From the NCBI GenBank assembly GCA_037447605.1, contig CM074816.1:821873-885872 (forward strand): a DNA stretch of 64,000 bases, written 5' to 3'. The stretch is from Zygnema circumcarinatum SAG 698-1b (lineage: Eukaryota > Plantae > Zygnematophyceae). The notes beneath the pieces are model-generated. The model saw nothing but the letters and a program-made list of their open reading frames with translations. It was not told the origin of the DNA and did no database searches. Below, in pieces: positions 12,581 to 24,335 of this stretch (positions are counted from its first letter, which is position 1; each line of letters opens with the position of its first letter). Both the position numbers and the translations under genes were made by a program.

Positions 12581-12630
12581 AAAATGGGGGGTATCCAAAA
12601 TGGGGGGTATCCAAAATGGGGGGTATCCAA
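12581..12630. repeat. Three tandem copies of AAAATGGGGGGTATCC
   Basis: Read directly; abuts TGTTAGTG at 12634. Confidence 0.9.
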
Positions 12631-12633
12631 AAT

Positions 12634-15600
12634 TGTTAGTGTTAGTGTGCTATAGTTAGACATTGTATGGGTTCACACTAACATTGTTGTGGTTCTCAGT
12701 TGGGAAACATGAGATCTGCTAGTAGTAGTCCTAGGAAATATGGACGGGCCAAATGTCGGTGGCCCATACGCTTTTTGGGCGCGGAGAATGTCGGTGATGT
12801 CGGCGGAACCGCGTCAGACCCTTAGTGCGGTCCGCGGACTCTGACGAGGTCAACTATGGAGGAGACCAAGTCAGCAGCCACGCGAACGGGTGTGAACAGC
12901 GCGTAAATGCGACGACGGAGATTTCGTCGCGGACGACGCGAATGTGTACAGCGCGCGCAAATCGAACATGCGCGTGCGGGCGGTAGACGCGTACAGACGG
13001 GCGGCGGAAGTTCTGCGCTCGAACGGACGACAAGTTCAGATGGGTGGTGGAACTGTACGGACGACCTAACTAGGTCGGCGCTGGCGTAGGTTTACGAAGG
13101 ACCGCAATGCTGGATGTTGAACGCGTACCCGGCTGCTGAACGCATGAGGGCGGCTGTGACGTGACATCGTGTTGGTGCAGGGACTCCTCCACTGCTGCCG
13201 TCCGTTCCTCCATTCGGGTCACCCTCCATCGGAATTCGCGTTCCAATCGACGATGACATCTTCAAATCTCTCACATTCACTCATAGCCCATTTTACTCAC
13301 AGAGTGAATCACAGCAATAATGCACAGCGGAATAACAGAGAGAAATGAATAGGNNNNNNNNNNNNNNNNNNNNNNNNNNNNNNNNNNNNNNNNNNNNNNN
13401 NNNNNNNNNNNNNNNNNNNNNNNNNNNNNNNNNNNNNNNNNNNNNNNNNNNNNNNNNNNNNNNNCGCGTTCGCGCCACGTCACTTTTCGATTCGTCGCGT
13501 TGCGCCTCGTCACTTCTGACTCCGTCGCGCCGCGCCTCTCCACCGACCAAAGTCCGTACCTCCGCCCGTCAGTCTAGGCGCACATCGCCGCCAAGGGCCA
13601 CACACAACACACGCACACAAAACTAATGTCCCAACAACAACTTGTCTAGTGACTAACTACTATACACTAACACATCGGTCAACAAGGAAGATGTCACGTA
13701 ACACGGCCATGGCGGTATATAGGGTTTAGCTTGATTATGTAGGATAACCACATTAGTCTACTATAGTCCCGTGACTTATTCTGTGCATGCTCGTGTTGCT
13801 GGGCTGCCCTGCTTGTGTCGCAAGGTAGTGAGTAAGGGGAGAAGTAGCTAATGAGAGGGGGAGAACTTCATGTGGGTGACATTCTTGTTATAAAGGAGTT
13901 TTAGAGCCGTGAGCTTTCTCCTACACTTTCTCGTGTGTGATTTTCGCTGTGCTTGTCTCTGTTTTCATTCTGTGAGTTATGGGCTATGAGTGAAGTGGGA
14001 TAGAGTGGGGAGAGTGAAGATGTCTTCATCGGTGGGAACCGGGGTTCCAATGGTGGGCGATACGCGAGGTGGCGCCGGGAGCAGCGAGCAGATCCACGCT
14101 CCAACACAAAAAGCCTGTCCACGTAGAGAGGGATACGCGTAGTTCACCCACTCCTCCGGGGGACAGCGGGTAGCGTAGAGGTAACCCTCGGTTTGACTGA
14201 CCCACTATTCAAAAGGGCAGTCGGTGGCGGGTCGCTCGCCCCACAAGGAGATGGGTGGGACCTTGGCGCGGTTGCGCAACCCCCAATCAGGGGGAGGTGC
14301 CATCGTCTACGGGACCAGGGCCACTAGGCCCGCCCCGCCCAAAGGGGTACCAGGTGGGGTGTCTCCCACAACGGGGAGGACGACCCCACCGGATATTGCA
14401 GGGGCCCTTGCCCGTGGGGCAGACGGGTCGCCGACCGACGCACCCGGAGGTGGTCCGGCCGGGAGGGGAGGAGGAGGTACCACCGGTAACGAATTCTCAG
14501 AGGTGGCACCCCCTAGTGGTACCCCCTGAGGAGGACCAGGCTCACTCTGGGTACGGTGGGGCTGACCTCTTGTCTCCCGATGTCCCGCCCAGACCTCCGC
14601 GAGGTCCCGGCGGTAATCGTCTCTGAAGTACTCCTGCAGGCGACGGTTCTCGTTGTTGGACCGCCGTAGGAGGAGCTCCAACGAGGCGATCTGACGTTCC
14701 AGCCGGTCGGCCCGCTCCTCCTGAGCGGCCAAACGCAAGAGGAGATCGTTCCGCTCCCCAAAGACGGGACCGAGGTCTGTTGATGTATAGGTACATCAAG
14801 GTGTTNNNNNNNNNNCGGAGGTCTTTGGCGTGAAAGGCGGATCTGCACTAAGCGACATGATTGGTCGCGCCAGAGTGCAGATCGCGACGCAATCTCCAAG
14901 CGGGACATGACTCATAATTAGGTATGTACTTTGGAGGTACGGATTATGGTCGGTGCTGAGGCACAGCGCGGCGGAGTCAGAAGTGACGTGGCGCGACGCG
15001 GCAGATTCGAAAGTGACAAGGCGCGGCATCAGAATGTCGGCGCAGTGAATCAGGAGTGAGGAGGCGCTGCATCAGCAGTGTCTCATGTGGAGGACAGTGG
15101 CGAATCGGAAGGCGCCACGTGTCAGATTCGGGGTAAGGCCTGTAGGGCCTAGGTCGGTGGCGACCGTAGGCTTACGGGGTCCCACATGCAGCTGAGTTAG
15201 TGAGGAGTCAGATCGTACGGTGCAGGACGAGGATCAAGATGAGGCTGAGTTGGATCCGACGGGCTGAGGAGCTGGATCCGTGTAAGCCAAGGAGGATCCG
15301 ACGGAGCACGATTAAGATCAGGATAAGGCCCTTGCAAGGCGCTGCATGGGTGGCCGTGACATGAGAGCGTCACGTGACAATGGCCGCCATAGTATATGAG
15401 GGAGCAAGCTTGGCTCCCTACTTACTCACTCATACTCACTCACTCTGAACGTTATGCTGCTCAACCTTCGTGTTAGGAAGAGTAGGCAGAGGCTGAGGCC
15501 TTGAGGAGTCCGGCCTTGTGTAGGGGGTCGTGAAAGAACTATCTCTCATCATGGTTAGCTCTAGTGAAAGAGTTAGAGATGTGTCCCTCTCGTGTTGAGG

Positions 15601-15732
15601 TAGAGGAGAAGTTCAAGCAAGCATATAGTGCTTAGCTACTGCAGTTGGGGTGTAAGCTGCCTATCAGAGGATAGGGTAGTGCTCATGAGAGGAGGAGAAT
15701 CAAGCATAAGGTTATATGTAGATTTCCTAAGA
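12634..15732. mobile_element. Nested or degenerate LTR-retroelement-like fragments
   Basis: TGTTAGTG start at 12634 and CACTAACA end at ~13672. 13470-13560 (minus) resembles 14930-15010 (plus). TGTCAC..GTGACA unit at 13692-13881 resembles 15365-15400. Low-complexity coiled-coil/Pro ORF at 14307..14738(-). Gaps are present. Confidence 0.45.
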
Positions 15733-15816
15733 NNNNNNNNNNGTCGGTACGGACGAACCGTATTGAGATCTCTGTGGTGCGCATAGCAACATTGGTGGCT
15801 GTAGCGTTTCGCTACA

Positions 15817-16225
15817 GTGCTTTACCATTAAAAGGCAACCGCGGATGTAAGCACTCGGCCATACAACCCATGTATAGCGTTTCGCTACATTCCTCCCCAC
15901 CTAAACCGGGCTCGTCCTCGAACGCAATCAAGGTTTTTCACGAGCAGCATTCAAGCTCCTCCAATACATGGACCTACGGCCTCAGACCCTCTGGTCATAG
16001 TTGACTGCCTGGCCTCAGTCAATCCGTACCATGCTCAGAGATCACGGTGTTTTTAGGGTGGATTGCAAATACCAGTCCTTAGGCTCTGATACCAATGTAA
16101 CAAACCCGCCTCTAGCAGGGTTCGAACTCAAGACCTCCCGGTATTCACCTAAGTGCTTTACCATTAAAAGGCAACCGCGGATGTAAGTACTCGGCCATAC
16201 AACCCATGTATAGCGTTTCGCTACA
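15817..16225 (-). mobile_element. TRIM copy (one complete 130-bp LTR 16096-16225, one truncated LTR ending 15889)
   Basis: PBS TTGGTATCAGAGC on minus strand next to the LTR and purine tract next to the other LTR. The distal part of the left LTR is replaced by the palindrome TGTAGCGTTTCGCTACA (15800-15816). Confidence 0.9.
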
Positions 16226-16244
16226 GAGTCCGCCAAAAAGAAAG

Positions 16245-17562
16245 CCGACCTGTTTGCGATTTGGCTGTGCATCGCATGGTTCTTCTGGTTTGAATGCGCT
16301 GTTAGGAAAACATGCTATGTTGCTGATTTTGGGTTTTTACTAGAACCAGTTGATGCTTTTACTTTTTGTGATTTCTGTGGTATAGGCTGGGGGTTGACGA
16401 GCCTATACTTTGTGAAGATGAATAGCAAAAAAGGACGAATCATTTTCCTTGACAGCTTCAAACAGTATCAATTTGGATTTGCTTTCATGCTGGTCGTCCA
16501 AATCCTAGTTGCTTCTTATTTATTCTTCGATAGATCTTGGGACAAGGTGAGCCCGACTTACCGTTATTCCCGTCTTTCCCCTTTTTCGTTTTTTCCTCAT
16601 TTTCTCCACTCCTGTCCAGTCAACTGTATGCTGTTGCGTGCAAGGAATATACAATCTCTACTGTCTTCTCACGGCTCCGGATGGTCTGTAGGAGATTCCG
16701 GATGATCCTACTGGAGAGCTGAGAAAGGTGAAGAAATTTGTTGAGAAGAACATTGCTATCTTGAAATGGTTTGGCCTTGGAGTTCTGATTGTTCAGGTAA
16801 GATTGTTTTTGTCTTGTTATAGGTTGCCATGACGGATGAATTTACTGCATATGTGCTGAGATGCTCGAAAACCTCTGAGAATGCTTCAAAGCTCCTAAGA
16901 AACCAAAACTATGTGCGTGGTCTTTCGTAGTTTTTCTTGCCGCCTCACCGTTCCTGTGCAAAACGCACTTATTGAAAGGATGCACTTCTTTCCCCCTTTT
17001 TTCTTTTCTTCTTTTTTGCTAATGGAATGCTTTGTGCAATTCTTAAAGGTCATGTTCGTCCACTTCCGCTGGCCTCCATTTCTTTTGGAGGCATTTTGAG
17101 TTTTGCAATTCCGTTTGAATTATTGTTTCTTTTGCTGAAGGCTGCACGATATGCCCTCAATGTTCAGCTGTCAAATGTACTGCTCCTTCGTAGCTCTTCT
17201 TAGCTTTATTGATTTTTTTGCAAGCACGTGCCGCTGCCAGATTATTGCGATTATCCTTGCGATGAGCCTCCATGCTGTCCAAAAGAAAAGCGACGAGCAT
17301 GATCGCCATGGAGACGAGGAAGTTATTGTGCGTAGACTGCGGGAGCCCCTGCTTCCAGCAGATGCGCCCCTTGGCCAGGTTTGTATTTGATGCTAGCAGC
17401 AGTCGCGTTCGGCCATCGTTATGCAGCATGCCTTTCGTGACTCATTCAGGTGTGGAAATATCTCATCACCAACATAACTTGGTGCACCCTGTTGGTTGTG
17501 TGCAGTACATCATTGATCGCCCTGCAGAAGACCACTCGAAGAAGTCGAAGCAGAACCAGTAA
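16245..17562 (+). pseudogene. 5'-truncated inverted duplicate of the TOM2A-like tetraspanin
   Basis: Homologous to ~33330-31997(-). Has the FFDRSWDK, IPDDPTGEL and LREPLLP exons but lacks the first two exons. Confidence 0.85.
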
Positions 17563-18054
17563 TCTCGCCATGCAAAGGATAATGCGGCTGTTTCAGAGGA
17601 TAATCGTGTACATAGGACGTCATTGTCGTGCCAAATCTCTGTGCGGTAGAAGCTAGCCGGAATTTTGGCCTGTTTGAGTGGGGGGAGGTAGTGTTCCAGT
17701 GGGGAGGTAGTGACAGCCCCTCAGCTCACTGTGAGATGATGTAACTGTCCGGTCGGTGAAGTTGGCTGTCTCGTTTTGCGGTCTGGAGACTTACGAGTGG
17801 AATAAAGTTCCAAACTCTGTAGTACATGCCGAGTGTTGGGAGGCATTGCCGGTGTTGTACATATGGAACGCGACACTACGCGCCATCTTGCTTGTCCGAT
17901 TTTGCTTTTTCTACTTATGGGCAAATTGAATCTATACTGAAATTGCATGTAGTGCATCACAAGCAAGCAGAACATTTGCGATGGTTGTAGTCAATGGTCT
18001 GAGCAAGATATCTGATCTGGTCTGATCTTCACACTCAAAACAAAGGACAACGAA

Positions 18055-18498
18055 TGTAACAAACCCGCCTCCAGCAGGGTTTGAACTCAAGACCTCCCGG
18101 TATCCACCTAAGTGCTTTACCATTAAAAGGCAACCGCGAATGTAAGTACTCGGCCATACAACCCATGTATAGCGTTTCGCTACATTCCTCTCCACCTAAA
18201 CCGGGCTCGTCCTCGAGCGCACTCAAGGTTTTTCATGAGCAGCGTTCAAGCTCCTTCAACATATGCAGCAGCGTATGGTTCACACCCTCTGGCCAACCGT
18301 ACCATGCTCAAAGATCACGGTGTTTTTGGGGTGGATTGCAAATACTGGGCCCTTGACTCTGATACCAATGTAACAAACCCGCCTCCAGCAAGGTTTGAAC
18401 TCAAGACCTCCCAGTATCCACCTAAGTGCTTTACCATTAAAAGGCAACCGCAGATGTAAATACTCGGCCATACAACCCATGTATAGCGTTTCGCTACA
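18055..18498 (-). mobile_element. Complete 444-bp TRIM (LTRs 18055-18184 and 18369-18498)
   Basis: TG..CA LTRs, tRNA-iMet-type PBS TGGTATCAGAG, PPT AGGTGGAGAGGAA, 5-bp TSD ACGAA (18050-54, 18499-503). Empty site with a single ACGAA in the paralogous block near 31555-31565. Confidence 0.97.
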
Positions 18499-18826
18499 AC
18501 GAACGCCTTGAAAAAAGATGAGCAAAATGAATTGTTATGGCGCTATGCTCCTGGTTCGAATCGCTATGCTTCGCAATTTTTTCTTCCAAGCCTTCACACG
18601 AGCCCTGCAACGACAACGGGCTACGGCTTGCGGCGCAGGAGGAGAGGCCATTCCTGAGGATGATGAAAGGCCTGGCGTGATCCTCGAACGATGATGATTC
18701 AGAGGACATCGATGGCATGCCCACCAAAGTTTGCCATGCATGCATGCCGTCCCACGTGGACAGCAGCTTAGATCACAAGCGTTACCGGGCGTCCTTGACA
18801 TTCATTCCCACCAATTCTTAGGCCTC

Positions 18827-19092
18827 CAGCGGCCACCCTTCATCTCCCCAACTGTACGGCCCGCCAGGCAGTGTGAATACTGCACTATCCTCAACGACGA
18901 ATTCCCTCTCATCAAAATCCAAGTGTGAACGGACCCAAAAAGCGCCCCTCCCCCCCCCACAGCGGCCACCCTTCATCTCCCCGAACTGTACGGCCCGCCA
19001 GGCAGTGTGAATACTGCACTATCCTCAACGACGAATTCCCTCTCATCAAAATCCAAGTGTGAACGGACCCAAAAAGCGCCCGCCCCCCCCCC
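18827..19092. repeat. 133-bp tandem duplication just upstream of the small Cys/His-rich gene
   Basis: CAGCGGCCACCCTTCATCTCCCC..GGACCCAAAAAGCGCCC starts at both 18827 and 18960. Confidence 0.9.
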
Positions 19093-19109
19093 ACCGCCCC
19101 CCGGTGCAG

Positions 19110-19828
19110 ATGCAGCCCTCGGCAGCGCGGCCCGCCAGGTGTCGGACGATGAGCGCGCCACGTGGCAGCAGCGTGTGCAGGCGCTGCCGGGGGGCTTTCC
19201 TGCCCGCAGAGAACCACGCGGCGGCCTGCCGCTTCCACCCGCAGATGTACGTCACGCGCCGCCATGACGACCAGCGCAGGTGCGCTGAGTGAATTGGGGA
19301 GAGGGAGGAAGAGTACTGAGAGGGGGAGAGAGGGGCGCAGAGTATGAGGTAGAGGTAGAGAGGGAGAGAGAGGGGGAAAGATGGAGGGGGGAGAGATGAA
19401 TTTAGCTGGGAGGGGCGGAGCTTCCCGTTGAGGGGGCTGAATGCCTACAGGAGCTGAAGAGGTGCAAATAAAGTTTATGGTAATGGAAGCATGGACGGCG
19501 GCCTTGCAATGTGTGTGAGAAGTGAGAGGAAGATGTCCTTGTTTTTTTGTTCGTGGTTTTGCAGCTATACGCTAGTTTTAGCTCACTGGTTTGTTCGGTA
19601 TCAAGAAATTTCCGGTGGCGGCAGGCTTTGTCGGCTCATTTCTTATCTTATTATCTATTTATGTTTGGACGAGGGTATCTGACAGGTGTGCTTTGGTGCA
19701 GATACTATGAATTGAAGGAAGGAGATCCGCCGTATGAAGCGAAGTTTTATGACTGTTGCGGTTCGGAAGACCCTGCAGCGCCAGGATGCCGCATGGAGCG
19801 CCACGTGTCATACGACGAGTCAGGATGA
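19110..19828 (+). CDS. Small Cys/His-rich protein resembling a conserved uncharacterised plant family (putative Zn-binding)
   Basis: Exons 19110(or 19149)-19279 and 19702-19828: CRRCRGAF..NHAAACRFHP..RRHDDQRRYYELKEGDPPYEAKFYDCCGSEDPAAPGC..RHVSYD. Confidence 0.8.
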
Positions 19829-20036
19829 GTTGTCAGCCGGACAGCTGAGAGCTCCAGATTTCGACTTTCTTCAGGAAACAAAAACATCGGAGGTCACATG
19901 TTCACCAAGTACTGCGATTGAAGCTGGACTCACAGCTTTACAGACTCCCCTGAAGAGAATGGAGGTTAAATGAGGAAGTCCTTGGAAGAAGTCTCCTTTG
20001 AAATTGGTCTTCAGGCACTTATTACCCGTCAATGCA

Positions 20037-23000
20037 ATGGACTTGCAAGTGCAGCACGTGGCTGCCAAGGACTGCCATGTGAGGCTTCCATACAGCCTCG
20101 TGCAGGCACTCTCAGTAGACTTCCCCCCCGCTCCTCTTTTCTTGGAGCTCCGAGCGGCAGGAGCTTTATCCAGAAGTTTGGTGAAGGAACCTGCTTTGCA
20201 GGAGGAAGCAAGTGCAGAGCAGCGCTGGTTTTTGAGCTGGATGGGAGAGATGGCTCGGAGTGACTGTTTAGAGGTTCCATCGGCTTTGGGAAAATGCATC
20301 AACCTGTCAAATGGTAGTATGGTTCGAGTGCGAGTAAGGCTGCCGGAGGAAGTTGTAGCTGCATCGTCTGTCGAACTCGAGCCGTCCGGACCAGATGACT
20401 GGGAACTGCTGGAAACGAATCAAGAGTACTTGGAGAAGAGTATTCCGAGTCAAGTAAGTTGTGCTGAACTTCGTAAACAGGACTATGGGGAATGGGCCTG
20501 TAATTTTCTGCCCCTGTGTCTCTTTTTTTGGTTGCAGAAACGTGTAAGAGGTGGCCGAACTAAAGAGCTAGGCCTTTTTAGTATACCACACAAAGTTCTA
20601 TCGGAAAAAAGGAATCGCATACATCGTATGCTCCATTCTTTCTGATTTGCATGCTGAGCACTGTGGAATATTCTTGTCGTACGTTTCAGGTCTCAGTGCT
20701 CCACGAGGGGCAGCGGATTGCCATCTGGGTAAGGCAGCAGTCATTCATCGTGCTGCAAGTTCTTCGATGTTCTCCCCAAAAGGTAGTCCGCCTTGTTAAT
20801 GGCTCGGAGCTCAGTGTGACGCCCAAGGAGAGGTCGGCGAACCCTTCTCACCCCGAAAGCGTTGCAGCAACCGTCTGGCCCATGGAAAAAGGCATTCCTA
20901 CTATCCCTTTGGAAGATTTAAATCATCGAAGGGAAGCAAATGCACAGCGTGTACATAGCAGTGATGCTGGCGGAGGAGGTAGGAATGGAGAGAAGAGAAC
21001 TGCAGAAGAGGCAAGGTCGAAGGGAAGATTTATTGCGAATTTGAGAGTGCAGGAAGTTCACCCTTCACTGTCTAAACATATGTTTATCGGCGAGAACATT
21101 CACGCAGTAGCAATGCCATCCTGCATTTATCTCTCGCCAATTACAGCTTGTCAAATTAAGCTTTCACATTGCCAGTTGGTTTCAATATCTGCCCCTTCCC
21201 AGCGTCACCAAGGAGGTCATCAAGGAGCTCCCACTCCGACATCAACAGAACCTGCAAGTGCATCAAATATTCAGGAAAGCTCTACAGGCATTGGTGGCAC
21301 TTTGACTCCGTGGACATCTCATAGTCCTATCGTTGTTCAGGTCAGACTCTGGGGAGGCGTTGCTCAGGGACATGCAATGGTAGGACCCACTCTTCGTCTG
21401 CAAGCGGGTCTCCACCTTCTTGGCCAGGTGAAGCTGCACGTCTGCCATTGTGTTCCAGGAAAAGTACCCAGCTCCTTTATCCTATCTCCTCTACATTTCA
21501 AAGGGGAACAAGGTGCTGGGTTTGAGAAAGGAGCTGATATAGCAGAGTCAAAAACGGAAGGAAGGGGGAAGAGTTCAGCCCTAAGCTGGGGCTTCCATCG
21601 GGATGTATTGACTGCCGCTAGGACCTGTACAGGTAACATGGAAGAGGGTGAGCTTGAAAGCGGAAAACGATGGGGGGAAGGAGCTTTACTTGCTAGCTGG
21701 CTTGAGTCGCAATCTGGAAGAGAGGACGAGGAATTGGGAGGAGGGGCACCCCTTCACAACGGGATGGTACTTCACGTGAAAGTTTTGCGTAGAAAACGAA
21801 CTTCACCAGACTTTAAGAGCAAAACCATGGGTGAAGATCTCGGTAACCAGCAGGTTCAAATGAGGCAAAGCGAACACGAGCAAGACAATTGGAAGAAGGT
21901 GAGGGAAAGTGGAGGGGAGATCTGTCAGGACACTGATAAAGGTGCTGATACATATTTTTTGGTTAGTTTTGGAGCAGATCAATCGGACGTTTCTCAAGCT
22001 ACAGGCGAAACGAGTAGGCGGCAATCGGAACAAAAGCCGAGACTTGAGCCAAATGATTCAATAACAGCAGCCAGTTACTGCAATCTGGCAACCGTTAGCG
22101 CAGCATTGGCTGCAGGAAATGTAAAAGTGAAATTGGGGAAAGCTGTTTTAGGACATCTGGCAGTGCCTGTTGAAAGAAATGAACAGAACATAGATGATCA
22201 CATGGCCAGGCCAACGCTTAGTTGGCTTCGACCAACTGCAGAATCTATTAAAGTACGTTTGCAAGCAGTTCTTTCAGAACCTGCTAGACAGATGCGATTG
22301 TTAGTGGGTACACCACGACCAGGGGGGGTTTTGCTTACAGGGGCTCAGACAGCAGAAAAGAAGAAACTGGCATTGGCTGTTGCACAGGAACTGAGGAGGG
22401 ACCCTACATGTCAGGCATTTCCCGTTTACATCAAATGTGCCGAACTTGTAGGGGAGCCCTTGAAGGATGTTCGGAAGACGGTAGAAAGGCAGGTGGGAGA
22501 AGCCTTAGAGCATGCACCAGCTATCATTATTTTGGATGATGTCGATGCCCTATTGCCCGCAGAAAGCGAGGGAGATGGAGGGATGGGCCGGGCTGCCGTT
22601 CTTTTATATTTGGCTGATATAATTGATTATTGTCAGGTAAGGGACTTAATGATAAATTAGTTACTCTTGCCAAGTTCTGTTAGATATCTCTATGAAAGGC
22701 TGGAATGTAAAGGGGCATACTCACTTTGCTTTGTCTACAAATTTTCCTATTGCTATAAGAACAGATGGGACACTGTTTTCCGTCAGATGTTTGATCGAAC
22801 ATTCTGCGATTGTCACTCCCGTCCAGCAGTGGAGAGTTGATGATTAATTTAGTCATTTGTCATTTTGTAATTTTGGCACATTTTGAAGCTTCACCTATAA
22901 CAATAATTCATTATTCTAAAACTTGTTCACGGGTCTCTTGCAGAGTGAGATCTGTCCCCCTGTTGCGTTCTTAGGTGTAGCTCAGAGCACAGCTTCTCTT

Positions 23001-24335
23001 GCTCACGAGCTGCAGGTTTCCGGTAGGCTCGACTGCAACATAGAGCTCCCTGCTCCGTTGGAACACGACAGGCTTACCATCATCTCATCAGTGTTAGAAG
23101 AGAGAAACATGATCTGTTTACAAGAGGTTTTGGCTTCCGTGGCAGGTCGCTGCCAAGGCTTTGATATTACGGACATGGAAGTCCTTGTAGACCGCGCAGT
23201 GCATGCAGGTGCAGCTCGACTATTAAAGAAACTGTCAGTCAAGACGAGAGAGAGAGAAGGGCAGGGAGACAATACAGAGCTGAGGGGGACACTAGAGCTT
23301 TTGGAGGACGACTTTCGGAAAGCCGAGGATGGGTTCGTTCCTGCAGCCATGAGGGGCATAGTCAATGCAGGAAAGGCGAGCAAAGATGAGAAAAAGGGGT
23401 GGCAGGACGTGGGGGGTCTCAGAGATGTCAGGAAAGCTCTGGAAGAGATTTTAGATATGCCCGCAAAGCACTCAAAGCTATTTGCAGGTGCTCCCTTGAG
23501 GCTGAGAACTGGAGTGCTGCTTTATGGCCCTCCCGGCTGCGGGAAAACTCACATTGTTGGTGCAGCAGCTTCAGCCTGCGGTGTAAGATGCGTTTCAGTT
23601 AAGGGACCTGAGCTATTAAACAAATATATTGGAGCATCAGAACAGGCCGTGAGGGACGTGTTTGCGAAAGCCTCTCTTGCAGCCCCCTGCATCCTTTTTT
23701 TTGATGAATTTGATGCGATTGCTCCAAAGCGTGGGCATGATAATACAGGAGTGACGGACCGAGTTGTTAATCAACTGCTTACAGAGCTCGATGGTGTAGA
23801 GGGCCTCACAGGAGTGTTCGTTATTGCAGCTACCAGTCGGCCCGACCTCATAGACGCAGCTCTGCTGAGACCTGGGCGACTAGATAGACTCCTTCTCTGC
23901 GACTTTCCAACCCAGAGAGAGAGAGTGGAAATCTTGGAGTCTTTAGCTCGCCATTTACCTATGGCTCCGGATGTGGACTTGAAGGAAGTGGGGTTGCTGA
24001 CCAATGGATTCAGTGGGGCTGACTTGCAAGCTCTGCTTGCTGATGCGCAACTGACAGCAGTGCATGCAATTCTGGAGGCGGAGGAACGGAATGGAGACAC
24101 AGAGGGACCGCAGACGGAAGCAGGAGGGCAGGGGGGGAACCAGAAACTACGTTCTAGTGACTTGCAAGCACCACTGATCACTGCCCCACTCCTCCGGCAG
24201 GCTGCAGCAGCGGCGAGGGCGTCAGTGCCCCAGTCAGAGAGGACACGGCTTGGAGCCATTTATGAGAATTTCGTGAGTAGCAAGAGCGCAGGGGCAGCGA
24301 AGGATGTGAAGGGCAAGAGGGCGACTTTGGCTTGA
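20037..24335 (+). CDS. PEX1: Peroxisomal AAA ATPase PEX1
   Basis: Exons 20037-20453, 20690-22636, 22944-24335. N-terminal DCHVRLP..VELEP..DDWELLE. D2 [47 protein letters not shown]-terminal GKRATLA. Confidence 0.95.

Noticed and set aside
16107-16172. Functional tRNA gene
   Set aside because: The 5' D-stem is missing, the T and anticodon stems are mismatched, and the anticodon varies among copies (GAA/GGA). Kept only as a tRNA-derived module.
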